Shown: positions 45,872 to 55,827, counted from the stretch's first letter. The stretch is 64,000 nucleotides of DNA from an uncultured Candidatus Saccharibacteria bacterium (GCA_964392315.1 CAYMOT010000002.1:139637-203636), one strand, 5' to 3'. A program made the numbers and translations. Notes: generated by a model from the letters alone, not told the origin.

Positions 45872-46129
45872 TTAGCTGACAGTTGATACCTCGCTCATGA
45901 CAGCTGTAATCTCGGTTAAGTCATGGCCGACAACAATTTCTTCAGATCCATCTTTTTTGGTAATTACTAAAACCGGAACGCTTTTTTGATTAGACTTCTT
46001 GATCATTTCTCCGGCAGCGTCATTATCAAGATCTACAAGTTTTTCCGTATACTCAATGTGACTAGTATCTAAATATTCCTTAATGGGAATGCAGGTTTGG
46101 CACGTGGTTGTTGTGTAGAGAGTAATCAT
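45872..46129 (-). CDS. Glutaredoxin/NrdH-like small redox protein
   Basis: 85 aa; CQTC active-site motif near the N-terminus; thioredoxin-fold pattern. Confidence 0.6.
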   Translation of the reverse strand: MITLYTTTTCQTCIPIKEYLDTSHIEYTEKLVDLDNDAAGEMIKKSNQKSVPVLVITKKDGSEEIVVGHDLTEITAVMSEVSTVS

Positions 46130-46893
46130 ACCGGTGTTCTTAGTATATAGTGATACTTTTGAAACGTAAACAATGGTGTAATATATACCTTCTGATATGG
46201 TATGAAACTAAGCTTCCGCCATTTGAGACCTCCTTTACCAATACCTACTGCATAAAAATAATCTCCGCGTTGCTCCCCAACTATGCGTACCCGTTCATAC
46301 AATTCAAAGTACCCTCCAAACGGTAAAAGAGTCCGTTGATCCCATATGACGGGTATGCGTGTTCCTTCCGGGGTTCGTACTATTAAGGTCTGTGCTGATG
46401 GTGTTACTTCAATTATTTCGCCAACTATCCATAGTTCACCGTGAAATTGTTCTCTCATGAATGGTCGGGCGGCCGGCACATGGTGTATTTGTTCATTAAG
46501 CCCAATCTGGTCTAACACAAACCCACCACTCAGTATTCCCACGATAATTGCACCGGCGACAGCCAGGAAGTTGTGTTTATACGAGAACTCATATTTTCGT
46601 ATAAATATAAGACCGCAGATGATTGCTCCAAAAGCAATTCCTAACGGAATCCAAGGAAACGTTTCAATAAATGCACGTAACCCAAATTCTCCAAACCAAA
46701 GATACCCGAGTGGTCCAATACTTCTGAGGTGTTGCGCAGCAAAATTGGTAAAAATTGTTGCTATGAGGAATAACAGTGTGATGCCCAGGCCTAAGATAAC
46801 GGTGCCAACTAAAAAGTAAGCTTTGGGTCGTATACGTACATCTTTCTGCTCAATTGTCTGCATGACCTGGTCGGTCAAATTAAGTTTATCCAT
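46126..46893 (-). CDS. Membrane protein downstream of the ECF sigma factor (putative anti-sigma factor)
   Basis: ATGA-type overlap with the sigma gene; multiple TM helices. Role is assigned by position only. Confidence 0.4.
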   Translation of the reverse strand: MDKLNLTDQVMQTIEQKDVRIRPKAYFLVGTVILGLGITLLFLIATIFTNFAAQHLRSIGPLGYLWFGEFGLRAFIETFPWIPLGIAFGAIICGLIFIRKYEFSYKHNFLAVAGAIIVGILSGGFVLDQIGLNEQIHHVPAARPFMREQFHGELWIVGEIIEVTPSAQTLIVRTPEGTRIPVIWDQRTLLPFGGYFELYERVRIVGEQRGDYFYAVGIGKGGLKWRKLSFIPYQKVYITPLFTFQKYHYILRTPV

Positions 46894-47434
46894 AGTATTC
46901 GTTAATAAGTTGCTTCAGTTGATCCTTTCCACGCAATATGCGTATACCTACTGTGCCAATGGGTATTCGTAAAATGTCGCTGATTTCTTCATAACTCCTC
47001 TCTTCCATAAAGTATAAAATAAGCACCTCACGATACTTAAAGGGAAGTGAGGCTACCAGACGCTGGATATGCTCGTCTTGCTCCATTCTTTCAAAAAGCG
47101 TGTCAACATTTACGCTCGGATCCTTCACGTCGTATGCCTCATTTGTAAGCTGCATCTGGTTTCTATGCTTTTTTATATAGTTAATCGCCTCATTATGTAC
47201 AATTCTGTATATCCAACTTGAGAACTTCTTTGATGTATCAAATCCATTAAGATTGATATATGCCTTAATAAAAGCCTGTTGTACGACATCCTTTGCTGCA
47301 TCTTCATGTTTAAGTAGATACAAAGCATATGAATAGAGCTTATGTTGATATCGCTCAACAATTTCTCGGTACAGTTCTTTGTTTGAAGTGCGAACGATCT
47401 GTGCGATCTCTTCGTCCGACTTTTGTTGGGACAT
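46886..47434 (-). CDS. RNA polymerase sigma factor, ECF (sigma-70 regions 2 and 4)
   Basis: Region 2 DVVQQAFIKAY .. SWIYRIVHNEAINYIKK and a region 4 HTH near the C-terminus; 182 aa. Confidence 0.75.
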   Translation of the reverse strand: MSQQKSDEEIAQIVRTSNKELYREIVERYQHKLYSYALYLLKHEDAAKDVVQQAFIKAYINLNGFDTSKKFSSWIYRIVHNEAINYIKKHRNQMQLTNEAYDVKDPSVNVDTLFERMEQDEHIQRLVASLPFKYREVLILYFMEERSYEEISDILRIPIGTVGIRILRGKDQLKQLINEYYG

Positions 47435-47488
47435 ATTGATGTATTACCGTCTGGTATGGTGGATTATTTCAGAGATAATTGTCTGGGG

Positions 47489-48232
47489 TTAAAATAACCT
47501 GCCTACCAAATATGCGACACCCGCTGCAGATCCACCCACTAAAAATACTTCCGCAATACATGCTAATAAATGTTCTTTGGTAACTTTCCAGCGTAGCACT
47601 GCAAGCAAAAGTAAAGCAAATACGGTAAAGAAGATTGCATAATAAAACGTGAACTCTGAGTCGCGTAGGAGTACAAACGGAATAAGTGGGATGAATCCAA
47701 AACAAATAAAAGATATAAATGTGGCAATAGCGGTGAGTAACGGACGTTCGTCTTCCGGGTTTTGCATGTCGAGTTCATACCGCATCATAAATTCAGCCCA
47801 GTATGCAGGGTTTTGTGAATACAAATGTGTTATCTGTTGTGCTTGTTCATCGGAAAATCCATGTTTCTTTAGAATGTAAATAGTTTCGTTTGTTTCGTAG
47901 TCTTTGTTATGACGTATTTCGTATTCTTCTTTCTTTTTGTGATTACGGTAGACCTTTTGTGCAGATCTTATTGACAAAAAATTCCCTAGCCCCATTGAGG
48001 TTGCATCGCCAAAGAGATTAGCAAATCCAAAAAGTAATACGGCAAGAACCGATATGTTTACCATATTCGAGTCAGATTGTGCTCCAGCAAAACCCGCAAC
48101 AACGGCGAACGTAGTGACAATGCCATCATTCCCGCCATACACTATTTCGCGTAAATAGGTGGTGAATGGATTGAGGTTGTGTTCCTGTTTTACGTGTTTG
48201 TCTATGTCTCTCTGGGTGAATCGGTGGTGCAT
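47489..48232 (-). CDS. VIT1/CCC1-family Fe/Mn transporter
   Basis: GGNDGIVTTFAVVAGFAGA signature; TM helices in the C-terminal half. Confidence 0.65.
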   Translation of the reverse strand: MHHRFTQRDIDKHVKQEHNLNPFTTYLREIVYGGNDGIVTTFAVVAGFAGAQSDSNMVNISVLAVLLFGFANLFGDATSMGLGNFLSIRSAQKVYRNHKKKEEYEIRHNKDYETNETIYILKKHGFSDEQAQQITHLYSQNPAYWAEFMMRYELDMQNPEDERPLLTAIATFISFICFGFIPLIPFVLLRDSEFTFYYAIFFTVFALLLLAVLRWKVTKEHLLACIAEVFLVGGSAAGVAYLVGRLF

Positions 48233-48247
48233 AAGAGGGGGGTCGTG

Positions 48248-48652
48248 CTACTTAATTTCGTTGACGTGCATTGTGCCGTCGATGATATATATTTTTTCAT
48301 CTACGTCCGTATTCACGGTTCCCGTAAACGTGTATGATCTATCAAAAACAAGTAACGTTATATCAATAGAATCATCAAAAGATACTTGATACGTCTGCCC
48401 GTTGGTAGTTTCTATACCGTATGCACATTCTGCGGTTTGCTGATCTCCCCTCTTAGACAAGCAGGTTAAATTGCCTGTGACTGTTTGCTCCCGCGGTTGC
48501 GGACTAAAAGTAGGAGTCGGCGGTGTGGGTTGCGGAATTTTTTCAACAGGTGAGAGATAGAGTGCATAGAGTACACTCCCTCCTACCAGAAGGAGGATAG
48601 CAATAATAAGTATAGAGACGAATTGTTTAGGCATTTTTTCTGACATACTCAC
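48248..48652 (-). CDS. Hypothetical secreted/membrane-anchored protein (134 aa)
   Basis: N-terminal TM/signal, Pro/Thr-rich linker, beta-rich C-terminal domain. Confidence 0.35.
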   Translation of the reverse strand: MSMSEKMPKQFVSILIIAILLLVGGSVLYALYLSPVEKIPQPTPPTPTFSPQPREQTVTGNLTCLSKRGDQQTAECAYGIETTNGQTYQVSFDDSIDITLLVFDRSYTFTGTVNTDVDEKIYIIDGTMHVNEIK

Positions 48653-48971
48653 AAGCGCTCCAAAAATGATTCTCTAGATCAACCGTTGTAGTGTCAACAA
48701 AATTAACCACTTCTTTTTCAAGTGCGGTTTTCTGTGTTTCTTCGTTCATACTATATGAATCACCAAGCAATGTTCCATCATCTCGTACCACTCGATGAAT
48801 AGGAATCATGTCATCGTCAATTTCCTTGAGTGCCCAAAGAATAGTATCCTCGGAGACTTCTAACCCATCTGCCATTTCCTTAACAGTCGCAACATGTCCG
48901 TATGGAATGACGGCAATGGTCTCTTTAATCTTGTGGAATTCAAGACTTCGATCCATACAAGTATTGTACAT
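48627..48971 (-). CDS. MGMT-like DNA-binding domain protein lacking the catalytic cysteine (alkyltransferase-like, ATL)
   Basis: AVIPYGHVATVKEMA ... MIPIHRVV matches the O6-alkylguanine-DNA alkyltransferase DNA-binding domain, but PCHRV is replaced by PIHRV. Confidence 0.6.
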   Translation of the reverse strand: MYNTCMDRSLEFHKIKETIAVIPYGHVATVKEMADGLEVSEDTILWALKEIDDDMIPIHRVVRDDGTLLGDSYSMNEETQKTALEKEVVNFVDTTTVDLENHFWSACEYVRKNA

Positions 48972-48990
48972 TAATTTTCATTGCCTTGTC

Positions 48991-49380
48991 TTAATGAGTA
49001 CTATTCGGTGCTAATTCTAAACAATTAGTATGATCATTAGGCAAAGATGGCCAGCGCACTGTCAAGATAACTGCGTCTTTACGCACAACATACTTATGTG
49101 CGACGCCAGGTCTTGATAAGAAATATTCATTTTCACTTATATTTACCACTTCTCCCTTTAATATAACTTGCAATTCTCCTGAAATAACCAAAGAAATGGT
49201 ATGTGCGGTTTGATTAATAGACCATGTTTCACGACTTGTCCCTTTGGGTAATTTGCTAAATTTGATTTCGACGTCCTTAGAAAAACGTATATCGGATGGT
49301 TCAATAAAATGACCGATAATCCAGCCTCTATGGCTTAGGCTTTCTTGTTCAGCATTTCCAATAACGTATTCTTGGTGCAT
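48991..49380 (-). CDS. Cupin-domain protein
   Basis: 129 aa; a two-motif cupin-like beta-barrel pattern (GEVVNISENEYFLSRPGVAHKY). Confidence 0.4.
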   Translation of the reverse strand: MHQEYVIGNAEQESLSHRGWIIGHFIEPSDIRFSKDVEIKFSKLPKGTSRETWSINQTAHTISLVISGELQVILKGEVVNISENEYFLSRPGVAHKYVVRKDAVILTVRWPSLPNDHTNCLELAPNSTH

Positions 49381-49388
49381 TTTTACTA

Positions 49389-50141
49389 TTATCGTGTAGC
49401 TCGGTAGGTAGTTAATCCAGCGTATGTTTGGTCAATGGGCATGATTTCTACATTATCGATATTTACATGAAGTGGCTGATCGATAATCCATTTAATGGTG
49501 TTTGCAATATCTTCTGGTTTGAGCATGCGTGCGTTTACGTATACCGCATTTGCTTTTTCTTGATCTCCCTTGAATCGAACAAGCGAAAATTCAGTCTCAG
49601 CTGCTCCTGGTTCTATATTTGAAATACGGATATTTGTGCCAATTAAATCTGTTCGAAGATTTCGTGAGAATTGCCGTACAAAAGCCTTTGTTGCTCCGTA
49701 GACATTACCTTTTGGATATGGAGCAATCGCGGATACAGAGCCAATGTTGACGATATGGCCGCTATTTCGTTGTTTCATTATCTCCAGTGTTAGTCGGGTA
49801 ACATAGGTGACACCTTTTATATTGGTGTTAATCATTTCTTCCCAATCGTCCAAATGTGCATCTTGTGCCAAATCAAGTCCGCGTGCAAGACCTGCATTAT
49901 TTACCAGTACATCAATATTTCTAAACTCTTCAGGAATTTCGTTGAAGAATCGTTCTACCTGCTCTCGCTGCGTGATATCAACTTGGGCAAGATATGTTTG
50001 AGTGTTCAAGATTTTCTGTAACTCTTTAAGCCGTTCTAGGCGTCGGGCAATTAATATGAGGTTGTGTCCGTCTTTTGCCAAAAGTTCAGCTGTTGCTTTG
50101 CCAAATCCTGAAGAAGCTCCGGTAATGAGGATTGTTTTCAT
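49389..50141 (-). CDS. Short-chain dehydrogenase/reductase (SDR)
   Basis: TGASSGFG cofactor motif; NNAG; catalytic YxxxK (YGATKAF). Confidence 0.8.
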   Translation of the reverse strand: MKTILITGASSGFGKATAELLAKDGHNLILIARRLERLKELQKILNTQTYLAQVDITQREQVERFFNEIPEEFRNIDVLVNNAGLARGLDLAQDAHLDDWEEMINTNIKGVTYVTRLTLEIMKQRNSGHIVNIGSVSAIAPYPKGNVYGATKAFVRQFSRNLRTDLIGTNIRISNIEPGAAETEFSLVRFKGDQEKANAVYVNARMLKPEDIANTIKWIIDQPLHVNIDNVEIMPIDQTYAGLTTYRATR

Positions 50142-50165
50142 TTAGAATGTGTTTTTATCAAGCAA

Positions 50166-50774
50166 TTACTCTCTTCCTGTAAGATTTTTGGAATTGTAAT
50201 TATTAGTTACGAACTCATACCACCACCATTCTTGTGGGTTAGAATCTTTCATCTTCAGGATAATGGTTTTTGCGGACTCAGTATAAAATTTTGGTACGGT
50301 CATCGCCTGTTTATCGTCAAACCATCGCTGTGCTAATTTGTTTCCTTGCCATCCAAGAACCCATTCTTGATACATTTGTTCGACCAGATCAGCATCTTTC
50401 GCACATTGTGCCGTTAATGTATCTCTTTTTTCGTATTCAATTATTAGTTTATGCAAATCAGATCCAAAGTCGAAACCGGCAAAAGTATCCGTAATAGCTT
50501 TTTCCTCGTCAGGTTTGGAATAGTTTTTTTGGATAAAGTCGAAATCTCCTGTTCGTGCCTCTGGTAAATCATGAAGATTAGCCATAGCCATTGCTCGCAT
50601 TCCTTCTTCGTGTGATAGATTTTCCATTCTTGCAATAGAGTAAGCGATAATTGCAGTATGATGGCTGTGTGAAGCAACTGTATCAAAAGTATTACCAAGA
50701 TTTCGTTTGTGTGTTCGCGGCATTTGCATAAGCATGCCGGCTTGTTGAATGAAGAAGAGGATGCGTTTGTTCAT
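50166..50774 (-). CDS. HD-domain phosphohydrolase (YfbR-like 5'-nucleotidase family)
   Basis: HSHHTAIIA ... HDLPEARTGD (H..HD...D metal-binding pattern). Confidence 0.55.
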   Translation of the reverse strand: MNKRILFFIQQAGMLMQMPRTHKRNLGNTFDTVASHSHHTAIIAYSIARMENLSHEEGMRAMAMANLHDLPEARTGDFDFIQKNYSKPDEEKAITDTFAGFDFGSDLHKLIIEYEKRDTLTAQCAKDADLVEQMYQEWVLGWQGNKLAQRWFDDKQAMTVPKFYTESAKTIILKMKDSNPQEWWWYEFVTNNYNSKNLTGRE

Positions 50775-50829
50775 TATTATAGAGCAATTATGCTAAGATT
50801 ATAACATTAATTTAAAGGAGGCGATTATA

Positions 50830-51120
50830 ATGTCAGAAAGACAAAGCTCTGATGTTGAATTCGTAGCTGCAAGATTTGATGCGCAAAATTTGGCTGATAA
50901 GCTTCAGTTAAGATTACCTAATGTGCAAATAGAAGTTGTCGAAACTGAAGGACTTAATGGAACCGAAATAACTATTGTAATCCCAGACGAGATCATGGTT
51001 ACCTATGGTGCCTCAAATGCGCGAGAATTACTAGGTATTCTTGAAAAAATCCAGGTTGATGACAAACAATTAGCAAAAAATGAATTGGGGGATTCTTCGG
51101 AAAACGGTGAGAACGAATAG
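50830..51120 (+). CDS. Small acidic hypothetical protein (96 aa)
   Basis: Strong AAAGGAGG SD 8 nt upstream of the ATG. Confidence 0.45.
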   Translation: MSERQSSDVEFVAARFDAQNLADKLQLRLPNVQIEVVETEGLNGTEITIVIPDEIMVTYGASNARELLGILEKIQVDDKQLAKNELGDSSENGENE

Positions 51121-51319
51121 TTGTTTATATAATTGCTCTTTCTAGCTACGTACGAACTTGTAGTGACTTCTGTGGTTATTACATAAACCATAAAAATTGG
51201 TATGGATCTAACTTCTTGTCATTCGAAAATCGTTTTAGTGAGAAAGGATGACACGAAATAGTCTTGCAGGTGGTGAACACCTGTAAACCACCTGCTATCA
51301 CTTGTCAGGTGGTTTCACT

Positions 51320-52033
51320 TTATTCATGTTTCTTATATCTCAGCCAAACACAATCTTTGTCTAAGCGCTGTACACTTAGCAATCTAAAATTCTTAATATC
51401 AAGTTCTATTGTGTTTCTTTCAAACAGAGATGGTGCCTTGCTCTGATTAATGGCAATCGGTGTAAGCAGTAGACTTATTTCATCAATCAAGTCTTGTTCG
51501 AGGATTGAACCATTAATAATTCCTCCCCCTTCAAGTACTATTTTCTCTATACCAAAAAGTTCCTTTGTTTTCTTAAATAATCTCAAAAAATCTATTGAAT
51601 CGTCTCCTCCAAACACATATGAAATATTCTTTTCTCGCAAATAGGCTAAATATTCCTGTGGAGTTGAATAATTAACTACGATAATTAGATTAACATTTTG
51701 ATCAACGTTTGAGAGATTTATAAAGTTGTCTTTCCAACGCAATACACCCTTTGTGTCAATGGCAAAAGCATGGAATTTGCTGTCGTGAGAAATTAAGAAG
51801 TCTTCGTGATCAGATGTTTGAGAGAGTGTTGGTAGCGGTGTATTTTTCGTTTCAGCAAACATTTCCATGGTCACACGACCAAACATGTATGCCTTGGTTT
51901 CTAGTTCGTCCTCAGTATGTGTATACAGATCAAAGTAATCCATTAGAATATCTTCACCGGTAGCTGAAGTGATTTTGCCGTCAATTGTCGTCATCATGTG
52001 ACAAATGATATATGGTCGTTCTATTTTTGACAT
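51320..52033 (-). CDS. RibD C-terminal domain / dihydrofolate-reductase-like reductase
   Basis: YIICHMMTTIDGKI N-terminus and EGGGIINGSIL glycine motif. Confidence 0.6.
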   Translation of the reverse strand: MSKIERPYIICHMMTTIDGKITSATGEDILMDYFDLYTHTEDELETKAYMFGRVTMEMFAETKNTPLPTLSQTSDHEDFLISHDSKFHAFAIDTKGVLRWKDNFINLSNVDQNVNLIIVVNYSTPQEYLAYLREKNISYVFGGDDSIDFLRLFKKTKELFGIEKIVLEGGGIINGSILEQDLIDEISLLLTPIAINQSKAPSLFERNTIELDIKNFRLLSVQRLDKDCVWLRYKKHE

Positions 52034-52036
52034 TAG

Positions 52037-52111
52037 TGGAGCGGGATACGGGAATCGAACCCGTCACTTCACCTTGGAAGGGTGATGTTTGAGCCACTAA
52101 ACTAATCCCGC
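52037..52111 (-). tRNA. tRNA-Gly (anticodon TCC)
   Basis: Acceptor GCGGGAT/ATCCCGC; anticodon arm TCACC-CTTCCAA-GGTGA; T arm ACGGG-TTCGATT-CCCGT; U73; CCA encoded. Confidence 0.85.
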
Positions 52112-52121
52112 GTATGAGCAT

Positions 52122-52139
52122 ACGCCTGCCTGCACAGGC
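52122..52139. repeat. CCTGCC-TGCA-GGCAGG hairpin 13 nt upstream (minus strand) of the tRNA-Gly 5' end
   Basis: Same stem sequence as the tRNA-His-associated hairpin. Both are followed by (G/A)TA(T/C) before the tRNA. Confidence 0.5.
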
Positions 52140-52170
52140 AGGTAAATAATCAAATCAATTATAACAAAAG

Positions 52171-52869
52171 TTATAGCACTTCATCGGGATAAATTGCTTG
52201 TGTATAGATCTCTGTTTGCTTTCGAACTTTTGGCTCTGTAACTTTGGCAACAGCATATCCAAATACAAATCCTCCAATATGTGCCCACCAGGCAACTCCT
52301 GAGTTCGCTGAAGTGCCAGTTAGGCTGGCTGCACCATTAAACACCTGCGTAATAAACCAGAATGCCAATACAATTCTGGATGAAAGTCGTGCATTAAAAA
52401 AGAAAAAAATACTGGGGATCAAAGTGTGGATCTTGTGGCGTGGAAACCGGACAGCATAAAATCCCAAAACAGCCGCAATAGCGCCGCTTGCACCAAGTAT
52501 AGGAATAATCTGCCCGATCAAAAAAACATATTGTGTAATACCAGCGACAATACCTCCAATAATAAAGAACAGTAAAAATTTTACGTGCCCCAAAGCGCCC
52601 TCTACATTATCGCCAAATATACGCAAAAACCACATATTCGATAAAAAATGCATAAGTCCACCATGCAAAAAAATAGAAGTGATGAATGTATACAAGGTTT
52701 CTGGTTGAGAAAATTCTATATAGCCGGGAACAAGCGCCCATTTACTCAGGAAGCCAGTTATATCAGTGCTGAAAAACTCGAATACGAGAATAACTGTACA
52801 CACACCAATGATGAGATAAGTCACCAATGGGGTGATACCCGATGGCTGGTCGTCATTAAGCGGGAGCAT
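52171..52869 (-). CDS. Rhomboid-family intramembrane serine protease
   Basis: GASGAIAAVLG (GxSG catalytic Ser); a downstream His in a TM helix (AHIGGFVFGY); 6 TM. Confidence 0.75.
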   Translation of the reverse strand: MLPLNDDQPSGITPLVTYLIIGVCTVILVFEFFSTDITGFLSKWALVPGYIEFSQPETLYTFITSIFLHGGLMHFLSNMWFLRIFGDNVEGALGHVKFLLFFIIGGIVAGITQYVFLIGQIIPILGASGAIAAVLGFYAVRFPRHKIHTLIPSIFFFFNARLSSRIVLAFWFITQVFNGAASLTGTSANSGVAWWAHIGGFVFGYAVAKVTEPKVRKQTEIYTQAIYPDEVL

Positions 52870-52941
52870 GGGTTAAGTATAGGAGTAATGATGTAATGAA
52901 TAAATAAGCAAATAGGCAAATAAGCGAATACTTTGTTTTTA

Positions 52942-53748
52942 TTAATCCTTCAATGAAAGTTGGTTATCATTAATGGTGAGGAAACCTTCTCGTTCGAGGT
53001 TTGAAAGAATCGAATGTAGCCGAGGTGCATCTGTGGATAACCGTTTGGTTAACTCATTATATGACATATATTTTTCATGAATTAGCATGCGAAGAATTGC
53101 CCCTCTCATCTGGCGGTCTGAACCTTCAAACCGTGTTTGCTTGGTGTAGTGTTTACTCTTGCGGTTAGGATTGGGATGAAGTTTTTTGAGGTATGCACCG
53201 TAATCCATTAATGCGTAGTACCATTCGCGTGGACATTTTGTATCCATCGTTTCTTCGATAAGAGGAAGTATATCTCTGTCATATACACGGTCACTATCAG
53301 CAAAGAAATGATGAATAAATACGGTGCGGATATTGGTTTCTATTACGACGGCCGGTTCATTGAATGCAAACGCCACTATTGCAGCGGCAGTATACGGGCC
53401 GATTCCTGGTAGTGTCTGTAATGTGTCCTGATCCCAGGGTAATTGGTCATTAAAACGTGTATGTACTTGTTGTGCTGCTTTGTGAAGGTATAGCGCACGC
53501 CTGTTATATCCCAAACCTTGCCAATACCGTAACACTTTTGCCTGGTTTGCTTGAGCCAAAGTTTTAAAGTCAGGGAAATGATTAATAAAAGCCGTATATT
53601 TAGGCGTTACCCTATCAGTTTGGGTTTGCTGCAACATGAATTCTGATACGAGGATTGAATAGGGATCAGTTGTCTCTCGCCAGGGAAACGAGCGTTTCTG
53701 TATTGAATAAAAATCGAGTACTAGCTTTCGAAATTCGCGTATATCCAT
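52942..53748 (-). CDS. A/G-specific adenine glycosylase-like HhH-GPD protein (MutY-like), without the Fe-S cysteine cluster
   Basis: LPGIGPYTAAAIVAFAFNEP HhH-GPD block and conserved Asp region. Only one Cys in the C-terminal half. Start placed at MDIREF (53748). Confidence 0.55.
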   Translation of the reverse strand: MDIREFRKLVLDFYSIQKRSFPWRETTDPYSILVSEFMLQQTQTDRVTPKYTAFINHFPDFKTLAQANQAKVLRYWQGLGYNRRALYLHKAAQQVHTRFNDQLPWDQDTLQTLPGIGPYTAAAIVAFAFNEPAVVIETNIRTVFIHHFFADSDRVYDRDILPLIEETMDTKCPREWYYALMDYGAYLKKLHPNPNRKSKHYTKQTRFEGSDRQMRGAILRMLIHEKYMSYNELTKRLSTDAPRLHSILSNLEREGFLTINDNQLSLKD

Positions 53749-53803
53749 GCACACGTTTGTACCAGATACGAACTGACTGCAAAAGAATCGCTTATTTGCA
53801 TGC

Positions 53804-54244
53804 TTATATCCACAATGCAAATATAAGACCCGCAATAGTCAATGCGAATAACCAATAACCGTTTTCTATTGCCCAGAGTTTCATATTTCCCCCTTCGAAT
53901 AATTTATTCGTAAAACTAGTTGTTGCAGAAACAAGCCAGACTCCAAAGCCTACCCCTTTTCCTACGAATATCGCATCAAGAAACGTCATCGGTATATTCG
54001 GAAAAAAATAACTTGCAGCCAAGCTCACGCCAAGACCAACAACGAGCGACATTACTACTGCATTAATGAAAGCAATGCCGTATGTCTTGGGCAAGTCTCC
54101 ACTATTTGCAATCTGCTCTTCTGTTTTACCCACTAATACCATCCACTGCTTACCAAAAATTGGCCCATACCATAATGCACCGATTATCATACTAATAACT
54201 GCAGATATGATGAGTGCAAGAAAATTAATATCGATTCCAAACAT
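53804..54244 (-). CDS. Small membrane protein (DUF1761-like), hypothetical
   Basis: 146 aa, 4 TM; GALWYGPIFGKQW motif. Confidence 0.4.
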   Translation of the reverse strand: MFGIDINFLALIISAVISMIIGALWYGPIFGKQWMVLVGKTEEQIANSGDLPKTYGIAFINAVVMSLVVGLGVSLAASYFFPNIPMTFLDAIFVGKGVGFGVWLVSATTSFTNKLFEGGNMKLWAIENGYWLFALTIAGLIFALWI

Positions 54245-54264
54245 AAAGAATCACCTCCCAAAGC

Positions 54265-55827
54265 CTATTCATATCGTAATGCGTTGAGTGCTGATATTTT
54301 AGTAGCACGACGAGCCGGATAGAGTCCAGTAAATATTCCCACGAATAAAGAAAGCAACCCAATGACCAGAATAAGTGAATTGGGGATATACGATACATCG
54401 ATATACCCACCACCTTGTGACCATGAGAATATGCTGAGAATAATATTGATCATAAGTCCGCCGATGGCTCCAAATAATAAACCAGATAATCCACCAAATA
54501 TGCCCATTAATAAAGATTCCGTGAGAAACAGATCTTTTATTTCATGTGATTTCATCCCCATGGCTTTCATAAAACCTACCTCACGAGTACGCTCTAAAAG
54601 GGAAACGGTAAGAGTATTGAACATACCAAGTGCTGCAATTATGACTGCAACAAAGCCTACAATTGCCAAAACAAGCCGAAGAGTTCCAAATAGGCTGTCT
54701 ATTTGTGAAACAGTGTCTATAACAGAGGTTGTCATAAAGCCTTGAGCCTCGATGTGTTGGCGTACAGTTGGTACATTTACTTCGTCGTCGACGATAACCT
54801 TGATCTGTGAGAAATTAGCTATTCCAATCCCTCGTAAATCGATAAATGGTACATAAAAAAACGGAGAATCATTCTCTGCGCTTACACCTACCACGGTATA
54901 TGTAGTAGGTATTGTCTCTATTCTCTCATCTATACTATTTAACAAACTTCCAACTACAATAAAGGAAACTTCGAATGTCTTACCAATTGCCGTATCTTCA
55001 GTAAGTCCTAATGAGTCCAGAAATGCTTTATTAATCACGGCCTCTTTTACTGCAGTATTCGAAAGGGGTAGTATAGAGACGATTTCTTCTTGGGTTGCCG
55101 TGGGATCAATCTCTGTTATGTCCACGGTGTCTGTTTTTTCAGCCAAAACAATTTCCTCTGTAGGTGTTGAAAACACATCACTTTCAAAAGAGGACCCTAC
55201 AGTCATTTTAATGGCTGATTCCTCTAAATAGGATCGTGTTACACCATACACTGCTATGTCAGAGTTAGAATTTTCGTAAGTAACCCGCCCAACAATAGCG
55301 ATTTGGGGTAGGCTCTTTTCTACATGAGGAATCTTGTTAAAAAGCGAGATACTTTCTTCGGTCAGTTTCGTATTACTGCCTATTTGCGGGGAGACATTAA
55401 TTTGTTTAAGTTCTTCTAAACGAGCTACTCGGCTAATGACCAATTCTTGTAATCCGTATCCGATAGATTGCAGCAGCACTATTGCGCCAACCCCGACTGC
55501 CATACCGCCGACGGTAATAAACGTACGGGTTTTCTTTGCAATCATGTTCTTTATCGCCAGGTCTATTAAGTTAATACGATTTATTGTTACCTGACTTCTT
55601 CTATTAAATGACACTAATCGAAGGTATATGCGCTCAACCGCAGCGTGCAACGGGTTGCGAATGAAGGGTGGTAATAAACGATTGTTCACGATCCATTCCA
55701 TACCATTATGTAGTAAATACACTGCTAACAACATAGAAAAGCTAATATATGACATGGCTGCTTTTGGATATCCTAAGAAAAAGGTTCTTATTGAGTTTTT
55801 ACCTTCCCGTTTATCTTTTTGCTTCAT
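54265..55827 (-). CDS. ABC transporter permease, FtsX/MacB type (large periplasmic domain + 4 TM)
   Basis: Single N-terminal TM, ~250-aa extracytoplasmic domain, C-terminal FtsX 3-TM bundle. ATGA overlap with the ATPase gene. Confidence 0.75.
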   Translation of the reverse strand: MKQKDKREGKNSIRTFFLGYPKAAMSYISFSMLLAVYLLHNGMEWIVNNRLLPPFIRNPLHAAVERIYLRLVSFNRRSQVTINRINLIDLAIKNMIAKKTRTFITVGGMAVGVGAIVLLQSIGYGLQELVISRVARLEELKQINVSPQIGSNTKLTEESISLFNKIPHVEKSLPQIAIVGRVTYENSNSDIAVYGVTRSYLEESAIKMTVGSSFESDVFSTPTEEIVLAEKTDTVDITEIDPTATQEEIVSILPLSNTAVKEAVINKAFLDSLGLTEDTAIGKTFEVSFIVVGSLLNSIDERIETIPTTYTVVGVSAENDSPFFYVPFIDLRGIGIANFSQIKVIVDDEVNVPTVRQHIEAQGFMTTSVIDTVSQIDSLFGTLRLVLAIVGFVAVIIAALGMFNTLTVSLLERTREVGFMKAMGMKSHEIKDLFLTESLLMGIFGGLSGLLFGAIGGLMINIILSIFSWSQGGGYIDVSYIPNSLILVIGLLSLFVGIFTGLYPARRATKISALNALRYE

